Assembly (NCBI GenBank): GCA_050951325.1
Contig: JBMNIW010000007.1
Location: 42,113 to 106,112, forward strand
Source of the DNA: Clostridia bacterium
Lineage (GTDB): Bacteria; Bacillota; Clostridia; UBA1212; DUPL01
Direction: 5' to 3'
Length of the DNA: 64,000 bases
The notes under the pieces are model-generated. The model saw only the letters and a list, made by a program, of their open reading frames with translations, was not told the DNA's origin and did no database searches. How positions within the stretch are numbered: the stretch's first letter is position 1; each line of letters opens with the position of its first letter. The position numbers and the translations under genes are program-made. Of this stretch, positions 26,058 through 36,441 are shown piece by piece.

Positions 26058-27491
26058 TTATTTTAAGCCAGGATCCGATAATGGACCTACTGTATGCTCC
26101 GGTGTCATAGTACAATACAATCTTGCAAAAAAGTTATGTTCAAATACTTTTCCATTTACATAGGATCTTGCACTTCCTTTAAACTCATTCGGGAAGAAAC
26201 CTACAGTCATCAAATTAGTAGCATCTGTTATCACTATCATATATTCGCCATCTTCCCACAGAGTAGTTGAAAAGTCTCCGATTGTTATCCATTCAACATT
26301 TTCTTCTGCAGCAATCTGTTTGTTATATATTGAATTACTCTTTAAAGTAGCATCATATGAGCCTGCCCATCTATAGAGCTTAATGGTCGCTTGTGCATCA
26401 GGCTTTGTCCAGCGAGGACTAAATATTCGTATTGCTTTAAAAGGCACTGTAGAGAAAAACTGTATAGCTACTATGTCATCTTCTTTGGGAATAAGCTGAA
26501 TATCTTTAAAGTCGCTACCATCGCTTCCTTGAGTAGAGTATAAGTCTTCATCCCATGTAGCTGTAGTTATTATAGAGTCTTTTGTTTTATCAACCTTGCC
26601 TGCATATTTAAGTGTTCCCGGTTGTACCGTTGTTAATGGTTTAGCAGTTGGAGCTTTTGTGGGAGTAGAAACTGCTTTAGTAGGCGAAGCAGTTGGCTTT
26701 GCAGTTGCAGTAGGTTCTACCGACTTAGTGTCATTTGGTGAAGGTTCCGGATCTGATAAAGGTCCTACAATGTGTTCTGGAGTCATTGTGCAATATAGCT
26801 TTGCAAAAAAGTTATATTCAAATATTTCACCATTTAAGTATGACCTTGCGCTACCATTGTACTCATTTGGAAAAAAACCTATTGGCATTGGTGATACAGC
26901 ATCTGATAATACAAGTAAGTATTCGCCATCTTCCCACAGAGTGTTTTCAAAATCACCAATCGTTATCCATTCAACATTCTCTTCTTGCAGTATCTCTTCT
27001 ATATAGATAGGATCTCTCTCTAATGTAGCTGTATATGAACCTCCCCACCTATATAGCTTCATGGTTATTCCCCCGTTCTGATCTAACCATCTTGGAGAAA
27101 ATACACGTATTGCTCTAAAAGGAACTGTTGCAAAAAATTGTATAGCAATGACATCGTCTTCTTCAGGAAGTACTGTTATATCCTTGTAATTGTTGCCACT
27201 TTCACCACCCTGTGATGAATATAGCTCATCATCCCATGTAGCTGTTGTTATTATAGTATCCTTCTCTTTATCAACCTCACCTGCATGTTTTAGTGTTCCG
27301 GGCTCTGTAGTTGGCAAAGTGTACGGTTTCTCTTCCGGGGGTGTTGTTGCAACCGGAGTAGGAGTAGCTGTAGCTTCAGCTGTTTTTTCCGGAGTCGGTG
27401 TATTTATGGGTACTGGATCCGGTTCTTTATCGCAAGAAACTACGAATAAAAGTAATAAAAACATTACGCAAATCAAAATGGTTTTTTTCAT
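26058..27491 (-). CDS. Lipoprotein with two copies of an unknown ~190-aa domain
   Basis: Lipobox VVSC, PT linkers; both copies run from IITTATWD...AIQFF to FFA.LYCTMTPEH. Confidence 0.75.
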   Translation of the reverse strand: MKKTILICVMFLLLLFVVSCDKEPDPVPINTPTPEKTAEATATPTPVATTPPEEKPYTLPTTEPGTLKHAGEVDKEKDTIITTATWDDELYSSQGGESGNNYKDITVLPEEDDVIAIQFFATVPFRAIRVFSPRWLDQNGGITMKLYRWGGSYTATLERDPIYIEEILQEENVEWITIGDFENTLWEDGEYLLVLSDAVSPMPIGFFPNEYNGSARSYLNGEIFEYNFFAKLYCTMTPEHIVGPLSDPEPSPNDTKSVEPTATAKPTASPTKAVSTPTKAPTAKPLTTVQPGTLKYAGKVDKTKDSIITTATWDEDLYSTQGSDGSDFKDIQLIPKEDDIVAIQFFSTVPFKAIRIFSPRWTKPDAQATIKLYRWAGSYDATLKSNSIYNKQIAAEENVEWITIGDFSTTLWEDGEYMIVITDATNLMTVGFFPNEFKGSARSYVNGKVFEHNFFARLYCTMTPEHTVGPLSDPGLK

Positions 27492-27535
27492 TGGTCTTTC
27501 CTCCTTATAATATATATTTCTAAAATATAATCAGT

Positions 27536-29338
27536 TTATTGAAAATGTTGTTCTATTCGACTACCTTCATTAAAAAGCACTAGGCCCATATCAAGGCAAT
27601 CCTGGAAAAATTCATTACACTTTTTTACGTACTCCTCATGACTTAAATCCGCAAACTCACCACGTCTCTTCTGCATGTTATAGCATCTTAGCTGAAGTCT
27701 TGACCTTTTAACTCTAAGAAGAGTATCTTTATCCTTTACTGCCTTTTCTGCATTATCCCATAGTTCATCAAATTTAACCCATTCTTCTTCAGGAATGTGC
27801 TTAAACATTGCTGTTATTTCGGGTTCTGTATGTGTTTTCTTTGTTATTGATTCATTTATTGAAGTGATATACTGTTTTATGTATTCAGCACCCTCCCCAT
27901 AGTATGTCTCTAAGAAATCGTTCATATGATATTCTACATCAGTGTTTGGATCCCATAGTAATTTAGCAAGTAGATAAGTTCGTAATTCCGCAAATTCTCC
28001 ACTTTCTCCTCTTTGGTATACACCTTGTTCAAAAACACCTTTCACATTGTTCTCAAGGAATAACTTCATGTTATCCTGCAAAACTCCTAAGTTAGGATAT
28101 GTCCCTATATAATTTAGAAAATTAGTTGTGTAATCCCACACATAAATTCTGTCATGTATTTTTGCCCAATTTGCAAGTGCATTTCTAAAACTACTATTGT
28201 TAACACAAGTAGATAACGGATGGGAAAAGCAGCATCCAATAGAGCAGACTCTTATTATTACGTTTTCTCTCGGTTTGGTTATTGAGGGTGGTGTCAATGT
28301 ATGATAATACGCAAGTGTATCTATAGCTACATCAGGATATTCTTCTTTAATCGCATCGGCAACAGCATTGACAAATCGTATTAACGTTCCGGAATGACTT
28401 CCTTCCTCTGTATCAATTCGTGTACATTCAGCGCATTTACAATATAGCGGATTGTCGTTTTGTGACACAGAGATGATTTGTGCATTAGGATTATTTTTCA
28501 AACTCTCTTTAACTTTTTCTATCATGATTGAAAGAACGTTAGCATTAGAAAGACAAAGCTGCGCAGGAGCTCCATCATAGTATATAGTCTTCCCTGATTC
28601 GTCATGTGAGTAATATTCAGGGTGTTCTGCTAGATAAGTAGCTGGAGGGACAAATAAATTAAATGTATGCACGAAGCCTTCATATGAGATATTTCCTCCT
28701 AGAGATTTTTTGTACTCCCTGTCGACACCGCTGTTTATTTTTACTTTTGCACTCCAGTTTGAATCGAAACCAAGATACCAATAAGCATCTCGATATTCAA
28801 ACGCTGGTATCTGTAAAGTTTCCAGCTGTTCCGTTTCTAATACTATCGATTTATATGTAGGTACCTTCTCTATTCGAGGAGTAAAAAACCTACAGCCAAG
28901 CTGCTCAAGAAAAGTATATACTCCGTATAAAGTCCCTCTTTTTTCACCACCTGCAATAATAATCTTATTATTAAATGTTAATATACGGAAGCCTTCATCT
29001 CCTAGTGCTTCTCTCTCTATTGTATATGTTTCACTATCTTCGCGATTTGTTTTTCCTATAATAATTTCATATTCACTTATTTTTGTTTTCGCATCTACTT
29101 TTATAGGTAATTTACATTTACTCATTTGTTTTATATATTTTTGTAGTTCTTTTGCTGCTGTCTTTTCCGATTCGGAAGCATTGCTGCCGATTATTATTTT
29201 ATAGTTGCTTTTTCTATTCCATACTAGATTCAATTGACCTTGCTTTGATTCTGGTATATTTGCGCTACATCCATATAGAACTATTAAGCATATAGAAAGA
29301 AGTCCGACTTTTAGTATATTTTTGAGTATTTTTTTCAT
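27536..29338 (-). CDS. DUF4838 family lipoprotein (putative glycoside hydrolase)
   Basis: Lipobox LYGC; RGTLYGVYTFLE, HPEYY, QLCLSN, SVSQND, YLLAKLLWDP. Confidence 0.8.
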   Translation of the reverse strand: MKKILKNILKVGLLSICLIVLYGCSANIPESKQGQLNLVWNRKSNYKIIIGSNASESEKTAAKELQKYIKQMSKCKLPIKVDAKTKISEYEIIIGKTNREDSETYTIEREALGDEGFRILTFNNKIIIAGGEKRGTLYGVYTFLEQLGCRFFTPRIEKVPTYKSIVLETEQLETLQIPAFEYRDAYWYLGFDSNWSAKVKINSGVDREYKKSLGGNISYEGFVHTFNLFVPPATYLAEHPEYYSHDESGKTIYYDGAPAQLCLSNANVLSIMIEKVKESLKNNPNAQIISVSQNDNPLYCKCAECTRIDTEEGSHSGTLIRFVNAVADAIKEEYPDVAIDTLAYYHTLTPPSITKPRENVIIRVCSIGCCFSHPLSTCVNNSSFRNALANWAKIHDRIYVWDYTTNFLNYIGTYPNLGVLQDNMKLFLENNVKGVFEQGVYQRGESGEFAELRTYLLAKLLWDPNTDVEYHMNDFLETYYGEGAEYIKQYITSINESITKKTHTEPEITAMFKHIPEEEWVKFDELWDNAEKAVKDKDTLLRVKRSRLQLRCYNMQKRRGEFADLSHEEYVKKCNEFFQDCLDMGLVLFNEGSRIEQHFQ

Positions 29339-29373
29339 AACAACCTCCATTATCAAATGTAAAATACTGATAA

Positions 29374-29717
29374 TATTATACACTTATATCGCACTAAATA
29401 CTTGTATTAAATTCACATGCGATAGTACCTAATTCAGTTTCCTATATTCGATTGGAGTATAACCTAATTCCTTTTTAAATGTCTTTGATAAATGTGCTGC
29501 ATCTGAAAAGCCAGTCTTATATGCAATTTCGTGAATGGATAAGTCTGTCTTCAAAATTAAATCCTTTGCTTTTTCTAATCGTATAAGCTGTACGAACTTT
29601 ATGGGTGTTATCTTATATTGTTTTTTAAAAAATGATACAAAATAGTTTGGATTAAAGTGCACGGTGTCAGCGAGCATCTGTAGGGTAATATTTTCATTTA
29701 TGTTTTGGTACACAAAC
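29374..29717. repeat. Left copy of the ~344-bp direct repeat flanking IS1634
   Basis: Matches 31649..31992 at a constant offset of 2275, as read by eye. Confidence 0.9.
29429..29717 (-). pseudogene. Duplicated 3' end of the AraC gene at 31704..32513
   Basis: Peptide FVYQNINENIT...YRKLN is identical to the AraC C-terminus; upstream codons derive from the IS end. Confidence 0.85.
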
Positions 29718-31648
29718 CCTTGTTTCGTAGTTCGCACCATGAATAATTAGGACAAAAAAGATAATAATCATCAACAAACGCCCAAATATAGGGCTTTTTT
29801 TATGCGTAAAAACTTGACACAAATATTTTTTTATGAGATAATAATGGTGCTACATGGTGCAAGTTTGGAGGGAATGTTGTGGCATATTTTTTGAAAAAGT
29901 CAAAGCAGAAAAATCGAACATACATTGCAATTTATGAAAGTTTTTACGATCCTGCAAAAAAGGGCACTGCTCATCGTTGTCATAAATCATTAGGATCTAT
30001 AGAAACACTTAAAGAAAAAGGCATAGAAGATCCTATTGCCCATTATCAAAAGGTAGTTGATGAATTAAATAAAAATAGAAAAGAAGAAAGCGTAAAAAAA
30101 ATCTCAACTAAATCTCCACTTATTCACCTAGGTTATTTTCCTTTGAAAAGTATTATGGAGAAATTAAACATTAAGCACTTTATCGACTATTTTAAGTTAA
30201 TTACTAGGTTTGAATTCGATCTTTATGATTTACTATCATCTCTTATTTACGCAAGAAGCGTTAATCCCTGCAGTAAATATAGGACATTCCATGAAGTGCT
30301 ACCTAATCTTTATCAAACCTATAATTTTTCATACGATCAGCTACTAGATGGCTTAGCTTTTCTAGGCAACAATTATGAAAAGATTGTTGAAATATTTACT
30401 ACACAGGTTGATAAAATATATAAATTAGATACTACTAAAACCTATTTCGATTGTACAAATTTTTATTTTGAAATTGATAGAGAAGATGATTTTAAAAAAA
30501 ATGGTGTAAGTAAAGAAAATCAAAGGAAACCTCTAGTAGGCCTTGGTTTATTACTAGATCGCAATCAAATACCAGTAGGAATGAAGATATATCCTGGTAA
30601 CGAATCTGAAAAACCTATAATAAGAGATGTAATAAGCAATCTTAAAAAGCAAAATAACATAACAGGAAGAACCATTCATGTAGCAGATAAAGGACTTAAC
30701 TGTGCCAACAACATAGCGTATGCAAAAAAGAATGGTGATGGTTACATATTTTCAAAAGCAGTAAAAAAGCTTCCGGATAAAGAGAAGAAATGGGTGCTTC
30801 TTGATAGAGATTTTAAAGATGTTAAAGATAAAAACGGCAATATTTTATTTCGTTATAAAACATGTATTGATAAGTTTCCGTATGATGTAACATATGAAGG
30901 AAAAGTCTATACTATAGAATTTACAGAAAAGAGACTCTTAACATACAATCCATCTTTAGCATATAAAAAAAGATGTGAAATAAACAAAATGGTTGAAAAA
31001 GCAAAGTTTCTTACACATTCTCAAGCAAAGAAGGCAGAATACGGAGAGTCTGCTAAATATGTTAAGTTCGTAGATGAAAAAGGAAATAAAGCCGCGGCTG
31101 TAATAAACAATGATGCAATAAACGAAGATCTGGAACTTGCAGGATACAACCTTCTTGTTACATCTGAAATAAAGATGAATGATCTAGATATCTACGAAAC
31201 ATATCATAACCTTTGGCGTATAGAAGAATCGTTCAAGATAATGAAGTCGGACCTAGATGCTAGGCCTGTTTTTCTTCAAAAAGTTGATTCAATCAAAGGA
31301 CACTTTCTTATTTGCTATTGCGCTGTTCTTTTAGAGCGATTGTTACAATTTAAGGTGTTGGAGAATAAATTTTCAACTTCTGAAATATATAAGTTTATAA
31401 AAAAATTTAATCTTACCGATGTGGATAATAGGTTTATCAACTTAACTACTTCATCAGAGTTAATAGATGAACTTACAATCAAATTCGATCTCCCTCTCAC
31501 GAACTACTTCTTATCGAAATCGCAAGTAAATTCAATTTTAAACTACAAATTATAGTTATTATACTCAAACAAAGGATGCTTTTTCTTGAGCATCCTTCTA
31601 TTACCATTTAGTTTGCACCATTTTCCAATGCTTATTACCAAAGTCAGG
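29718..31648 (+). mobile_element. IS1634 family insertion sequence
   Basis: Bounded exactly by the long direct repeat; weak terminal IRs (CCTTGTTTCGTAGT / TACCAAAGTCAGG); left end uncertain by 1 bp. Confidence 0.88.
29879..31555 (+). CDS. IS1634 family DDE transposase
   Basis: YFDCTNFYFE, PGNESE, VADKG, YHNLWRIEESFKIMKSDL...HFLIC. Confidence 0.92.
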   Translation: MAYFLKKSKQKNRTYIAIYESFYDPAKKGTAHRCHKSLGSIETLKEKGIEDPIAHYQKVVDELNKNRKEESVKKISTKSPLIHLGYFPLKSIMEKLNIKHFIDYFKLITRFEFDLYDLLSSLIYARSVNPCSKYRTFHEVLPNLYQTYNFSYDQLLDGLAFLGNNYEKIVEIFTTQVDKIYKLDTTKTYFDCTNFYFEIDREDDFKKNGVSKENQRKPLVGLGLLLDRNQIPVGMKIYPGNESEKPIIRDVISNLKKQNNITGRTIHVADKGLNCANNIAYAKKNGDGYIFSKAVKKLPDKEKKWVLLDRDFKDVKDKNGNILFRYKTCIDKFPYDVTYEGKVYTIEFTEKRLLTYNPSLAYKKRCEINKMVEKAKFLTHSQAKKAEYGESAKYVKFVDEKGNKAAAVINNDAINEDLELAGYNLLVTSEIKMNDLDIYETYHNLWRIEESFKIMKSDLDARPVFLQKVDSIKGHFLICYCAVLLERLLQFKVLENKFSTSEIYKFIKKFNLTDVDNRFINLTTSSELIDELTIKFDLPLTNYFLSKSQVNSILNYKL

Positions 31649-31992
31649 TATTATACACTTATATCGCACTAAATACTTGTATTAAATTCACATGCGATAG
31701 TACCTAATTCAGTTTCCTATATTCGATTGGAGTATAACCTAATTCCTTTTTAAATGTCTTTGATAAATGTGCTGCATCTGAAAAGCCAGTCTTATATGCA
31801 ATTTCGTGAATGGATAAGTCTGTCTTCAAAATTAAATCCTTTGCTTTTTCTAATCGTATAAGCTGTACGAACTTTATGGGTGTTATCTTATATTGTTTTT
31901 TAAAAAATGATACAAAATAGTTTGGATTAAAGTGCACGGTGTCAGCGAGCATCTGTAGGGTAATATTTTCATTTATGTTTTGGTACACAAAC
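31649..31992. repeat. Right copy of the ~344-bp direct repeat
   Basis: Matches 29374..29717. Confidence 0.9.
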
Positions 31993-32513
31993 TCTTTTAC
32001 AACCTGTATGCAGTCTAGAACAGCTTTCTGTTCATCAGAGTATTTAACTAATTCTTGTCCAGCTGTTTCAAAGTATGATAATAGAATTTGTGATAATGCG
32101 GTTTTCGCTTTTAGAATTGAGATAATATCTTCATTCTGATAGTTGGTTACTATCGTTTGAAAGAGATTATTTAATTGTGTCATATTTTCATAATGAGCTA
32201 TGTACGGGATTTTTATTAGATTAAACAATGGAGTATTTACAGCCATTGCACTGAAATGGCACCAATACTTTACATATGTATCACCAGGTGTGGTGCGATA
32301 TGATTGAACCCTATTTGCTGGTAGTAGCATCAAATCGCCTGCTTTCGGATAGAAGGATTCCCCATCTACACATATTTCTCCTTCTCCGGATTGTATAAAG
32401 TAGAGCTTGTTATATTCCGGCAAAATGTCCATTGCACTCCAAGTGTCCCATACTTTTGTATGTGCCGCGTGTAGTACCATTAGATTACAGTCAAGAAAAT
32501 AATTATTTGTCAT
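31704..32513 (-). CDS. AraC family transcriptional regulator
   Basis: Cupin LYFIQSGEG/YWCHF and HTH IHEIAYKTGFSDAAHLSKTFKK. Confidence 0.92.
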   Translation of the reverse strand: MTNNYFLDCNLMVLHAAHTKVWDTWSAMDILPEYNKLYFIQSGEGEICVDGESFYPKAGDLMLLPANRVQSYRTTPGDTYVKYWCHFSAMAVNTPLFNLIKIPYIAHYENMTQLNNLFQTIVTNYQNEDIISILKAKTALSQILLSYFETAGQELVKYSDEQKAVLDCIQVVKEFVYQNINENITLQMLADTVHFNPNYFVSFFKKQYKITPIKFVQLIRLEKAKDLILKTDLSIHEIAYKTGFSDAAHLSKTFKKELGYTPIEYRKLN

Positions 32514-32639
32514 ATTTTTTACACTACCTTATCTTTATTGCATAGTCTGATTATATTTAAGTTTATTATAAAGTCAAGATTCCATAAATAATTAAACATG
32601 ATATAATGTGACAAATCAAATTAAAAAGGAGCAAAAATT

Positions 32640-33764
32640 ATGAAATTTGAAATCCACAAACAACACGAGGATGCATATTACTCTGTAGAAAACATGAAAG
32701 TTAAAACAGAAGATGACATTTTTATGTCACAAGCAACAATAAGCACATTGAAAAGTATGTATTGCGGAAATCTACTAAAAACCATGATTATTGGAGGAGT
32801 AGAAACAGAGCCGGAGTATAGGAGGAATGGATGTGTTAGAGAAATTTTTAACAATATACTCCCACAGGCTCCTGAAAGAGGTTGGGTCGTAAGCTTTTTA
32901 CATCCCTTTTCCTTCTCTTATTATAGGAAGTTTGGGTATGAGAAAGTTGCAGATCAATTAATTATTGAGTTTCCGATAAACAAGTTAAGTCACATACCAA
33001 GATGTAATGATTTTAAGCTGCTTAGAGGAGAGGATGGTCTTAGCGACGCAATTGAGGTTTATAATAAGTTTACTGAAAAAAGAAATATTATGTTTTACAG
33101 ATATAACGACAGACACTTTTTTACAAACCCAAGCAAAACCCAAGGTTCAACATATATTTGGTACGATGAAAAAGGAACTCCTTCATCTTACATATCACTT
33201 GCTGTTGAAAATTACTACAGCATAAACCGAATGGTCTCTGTTAATCTTAATGTATATGAAATGGCATTTACTACACCGGAATCTTTAATTGCACTGTTTG
33301 GTTTTATTCGTTTGTATGAAGGGGAGAACGATACGGTTAAAATACACAACGCTGCTATGTCACCTGAAATAGATTTAATTCTACGAAATTATACTCATAC
33401 AACCTACAGGAAATATCCTGATTTAATGGCTCGTGTGTTAAATGTAAAGAAAATACTTGAAGCAAACAGCTACCCTAAGGAAAAAGGTCATTTCAGAGTA
33501 AAAGTTAATGATACACTTGATTTTACTCAGGGTGTGTGGGAAGTAGAATTTGAAAATGGTACTGCCGTCGCGAGTCGAATAAACGATACTACTCAGTATG
33601 ATTTATCAGCTGATATGCCTGCTTTTTCTCAGCTAGTTTATGGCTATGATGCATACACAATTGATACTGCAGCATACATGGAAGGTGTTAAAATACTTAA
33701 CCCAAATACTGATTTCTTTAGGGCATTTAGCAAAAAGAATAATGGCCTTTTTGAGCATTTTTAA
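32640..33764 (+). CDS. Eis-like GNAT acetyltransferase
   Basis: IGGVETEPEYRRNG, LHPFSFSYYRKFGYE, MARVLNV and an SCP2-like C-terminus. Confidence 0.82.
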   Translation: MKFEIHKQHEDAYYSVENMKVKTEDDIFMSQATISTLKSMYCGNLLKTMIIGGVETEPEYRRNGCVREIFNNILPQAPERGWVVSFLHPFSFSYYRKFGYEKVADQLIIEFPINKLSHIPRCNDFKLLRGEDGLSDAIEVYNKFTEKRNIMFYRYNDRHFFTNPSKTQGSTYIWYDEKGTPSSYISLAVENYYSINRMVSVNLNVYEMAFTTPESLIALFGFIRLYEGENDTVKIHNAAMSPEIDLILRNYTHTTYRKYPDLMARVLNVKKILEANSYPKEKGHFRVKVNDTLDFTQGVWEVEFENGTAVASRINDTTQYDLSADMPAFSQLVYGYDAYTIDTAAYMEGVKILNPNTDFFRAFSKKNNGLFEHF

Positions 33765-34978
33765 TAAAAACCCAAAGATAGAGGTGCAGACAGGCTTTTT
33801 AATACTTCATTGCTTATACTCTCCCTATATTCTATAGGCCACTTATTAATATCTCCCAATGCAGAACTTAGTCTCTTTGATATTGCTCTAATCTTTTTAG
33901 AGTCACCACCTATTGCTCTATTCATTTGAGATAGTCCCACTAGAGCTAATGCAATACTTTCTGCATCTCCCACAAAGGGGGAAAGATATACTAGTAAGTT
34001 TATGATCATGAGATATCCCGAGGAAGTTATATCGCCTGCTGCATCAAACATATATTCAAAAAGCCAATAGCCTGTTGTTAGTAAAGTTGATAAAAGCACA
34101 AACACACCATATCCTACTCGGTCAGGTTGTCTGTCAATTCTTCGACTTAAATCACCAATGTACTTTTCTAGAGCACCTTGCTCTCCTCGAGTAACACTAT
34201 CAACATTGTAAATAATGCTATCTAATTTATGTATTGTTATGAAGTTCTTGCCTTCTCTATTTGCTTTTATAAATGTAGTTATTCCTACATAAGTAAGCAA
34301 CGAACCTATAAAGCTCCAGCCATAGTTATACATTTTGCTCTCCATGAGCTTTATTCCCATCTTGTGCTCAGGGACGTCTAGATACTCCTCGCTAAACCCA
34401 GGCCCGTCAAAGTTAACACTTTTTGTAATCATATCGCTAAGTCCATAAGTATGAGAAACTATAGTAAAGTGTTGTGCAAGATTTCCTCCTAACGAATGGC
34501 CAGCTACTCCCATTTCCCTATAACGATAGATATAGTCGGAATATGCTATGCGCTCTGCAAAGTATGCACATTCTCTCATTTGACTTGTTAATTCACTTGT
34601 TATAAGCATTAAATCCGCAAACACCCAATCAGCTACACGATGTTTAAATACGTTAGGAGATTCGCTTCCCCTCGATGCTACTATTACTCTCTCCTTATCA
34701 AGTTCTATTATACAGCCATAATAGCCACTGTCTGCAATACCATCATTGTCATCATGATAGTCAACTAGCTTCCACTCTCTAATTATCATAAGTTCATTTT
34801 CATTAAGCTCTGTAAGAGATGTTGCATCATATATATCGTTGTACTGCAGTGCATCTAATATCATTCCTATAGGTATTGGAGGTTTGTAACCGCTTGTATA
34901 TAGCAAGTCAAATCCAATATGTAAATCCGAGTTCGCAACCCTACAGGCATACATTAACTCCTTATCAGTAAAAGACAT
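33761..34978 (-). CDS. Lipase class 3 / DUF2974 (Mbeg1)-like alpha/beta hydrolase
   Basis: ASRGSE, GHSLGGNLA nucleophile elbow, FDGPGF; hydrophobic C-terminal region. Confidence 0.78.
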   Translation of the reverse strand: MSFTDKELMYACRVANSDLHIGFDLLYTSGYKPPIPIGMILDALQYNDIYDATSLTELNENELMIIREWKLVDYHDDNDGIADSGYYGCIIELDKERVIVASRGSESPNVFKHRVADWVFADLMLITSELTSQMRECAYFAERIAYSDYIYRYREMGVAGHSLGGNLAQHFTIVSHTYGLSDMITKSVNFDGPGFSEEYLDVPEHKMGIKLMESKMYNYGWSFIGSLLTYVGITTFIKANREGKNFITIHKLDSIIYNVDSVTRGEQGALEKYIGDLSRRIDRQPDRVGYGVFVLLSTLLTTGYWLFEYMFDAAGDITSSGYLMIINLLVYLSPFVGDAESIALALVGLSQMNRAIGGDSKKIRAISKRLSSALGDINKWPIEYRESISNEVLKSLSAPLSLGFY

Positions 34979-35673
34979 AATTATCCCTCCTGATTCTATT
35001 TTCATATATGTTGTTCAGTCTCTTAGTAAATGATCTATTCTCTTTTGTATCAAATGAAATTCTTAGCATACCGTTCTTCTCGTTTTATCTCTTCTTATTT
35101 GTATCATTATATGTACATGCGTTAATCTTTTATAGATTTTTCTGACATGATATATTTATTCGCCATATGCTAATCTAATTCTTTATTTTTACTTAATGCT
35201 TAAAAAGTATAATGTCGATGCAAAATAAATTATTAATATGAGATAGTAATATGATGAAAAGCTTGCAAGTGTCTGTGGCTGGCCATACTATTTAGCACCT
35301 GAGACTTCTTTTTAATGATAGTGTCTACCATAAAATCGTTTTAAGCGGAGAAGTAAAAGAAGAGTAAATTGAAATGTTAAAGCAGGTGCATAGAAATGAG
35401 AAAAATAGAATTACAGATATTGTGCAAAGCATCATGGTATTAAACTAAAGATTGCTATCATTTAACTGATCATTTGATAACAAAGCGCTTATGGCAAGCC
35501 TTGAAATCGAAGGGTGGAATTTGAACCTTAAAAAATAAAAAAGCAGATAAAAGGATGATTAAAAACGAGAAAAGGATTAAACTTTATTTAATAAAATTAT
35601 AAATTTACCGTTTGTAACATATGGTTATTTAAGGTATAATGTTCTCAGGAATAACTTTTAAGGAGGGAATGTT

Positions 35674-36441
35674 ATGGATAATTTATGGCCAGATATGTTT
35701 CAGAATGTTGAAATAATCGTAGTACATAAGGGTAAGTACAAATACAGGTATGAAGAACTTAAAGGAGAACTGTGCTGTTGGGCAGTATGCATTGTTCCTG
35801 CTGGCATTCGGTACAATTTTAATATCAGTGGTGAAGGTACCGTTACGTTTTTCTCTCTTGAACCTAATTATATAATGAGAAGCATTAATAAAATCAAATG
35901 CGATGATATAGTAAGCTTATTTATCAACAAAATACCCTCAGCTTTTATTCTTTTTAATAACCCGTCAGTGCAAAATAAATTGCAAAATCTCCTAGAAGGT
36001 TTTATTAATACAGTTCAAGATGAACAACCAGAACTTGTGATTAACAAATTTATAGAGTTTCTAAATATGACTTGTGGATACTATAAAGATACCAATGAAT
36101 ATATGTTTATTTGTAATAACACAGCTCATTTGTTAAGTGGAGTGTATGAGATTGTTAACAGAGATGTAAATATTACATTAAATGAAGCTGCCGAAGAACT
36201 GAATTATAGCCGAGAGCATGTTTCAAGGACAATACATAAATATACTGGTAAAACGTTTACAGATATTCAAGTTGAAGTTAGGTTAAAAAAAGCTATGGAA
36301 CTTCTCAAGTATACAGATAAGAGTATAGATGAAGTTGCATTATTATCTGGCTTCACTAGTAAGCAATACATAAATCGAATTTTTTCAAGATATACTGGTG
36401 TGACTCCTATTCAATATCGAAAGATAAAGAAACAGATTTAG
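35674..36441 (+). CDS. AraC family transcriptional regulator
   Basis: SIDEVALLSGFTSKQYINRIFSRYTGVTPIQYR. Confidence 0.88.
   Translation: MDNLWPDMFQNVEIIVVHKGKYKYRYEELKGELCCWAVCIVPAGIRYNFNISGEGTVTFFSLEPNYIMRSINKIKCDDIVSLFINKIPSAFILFNNPSVQNKLQNLLEGFINTVQDEQPELVINKFIEFLNMTCGYYKDTNEYMFICNNTAHLLSGVYEIVNRDVNITLNEAAEELNYSREHVSRTIHKYTGKTFTDIQVEVRLKKAMELLKYTDKSIDEVALLSGFTSKQYINRIFSRYTGVTPIQYRKIKKQI

Noticed and set aside
26058-27491. Repeat pair as a DGR template/variable repeat
   Set aside because: No reverse transcriptase; both copies are coding and differences are not adenine-specific
29429-29740. Separate 103-aa AraC gene
   Set aside because: It is the duplicated 3' end of araC made by the IS1634 direct repeat, with a GTG start inside the IS
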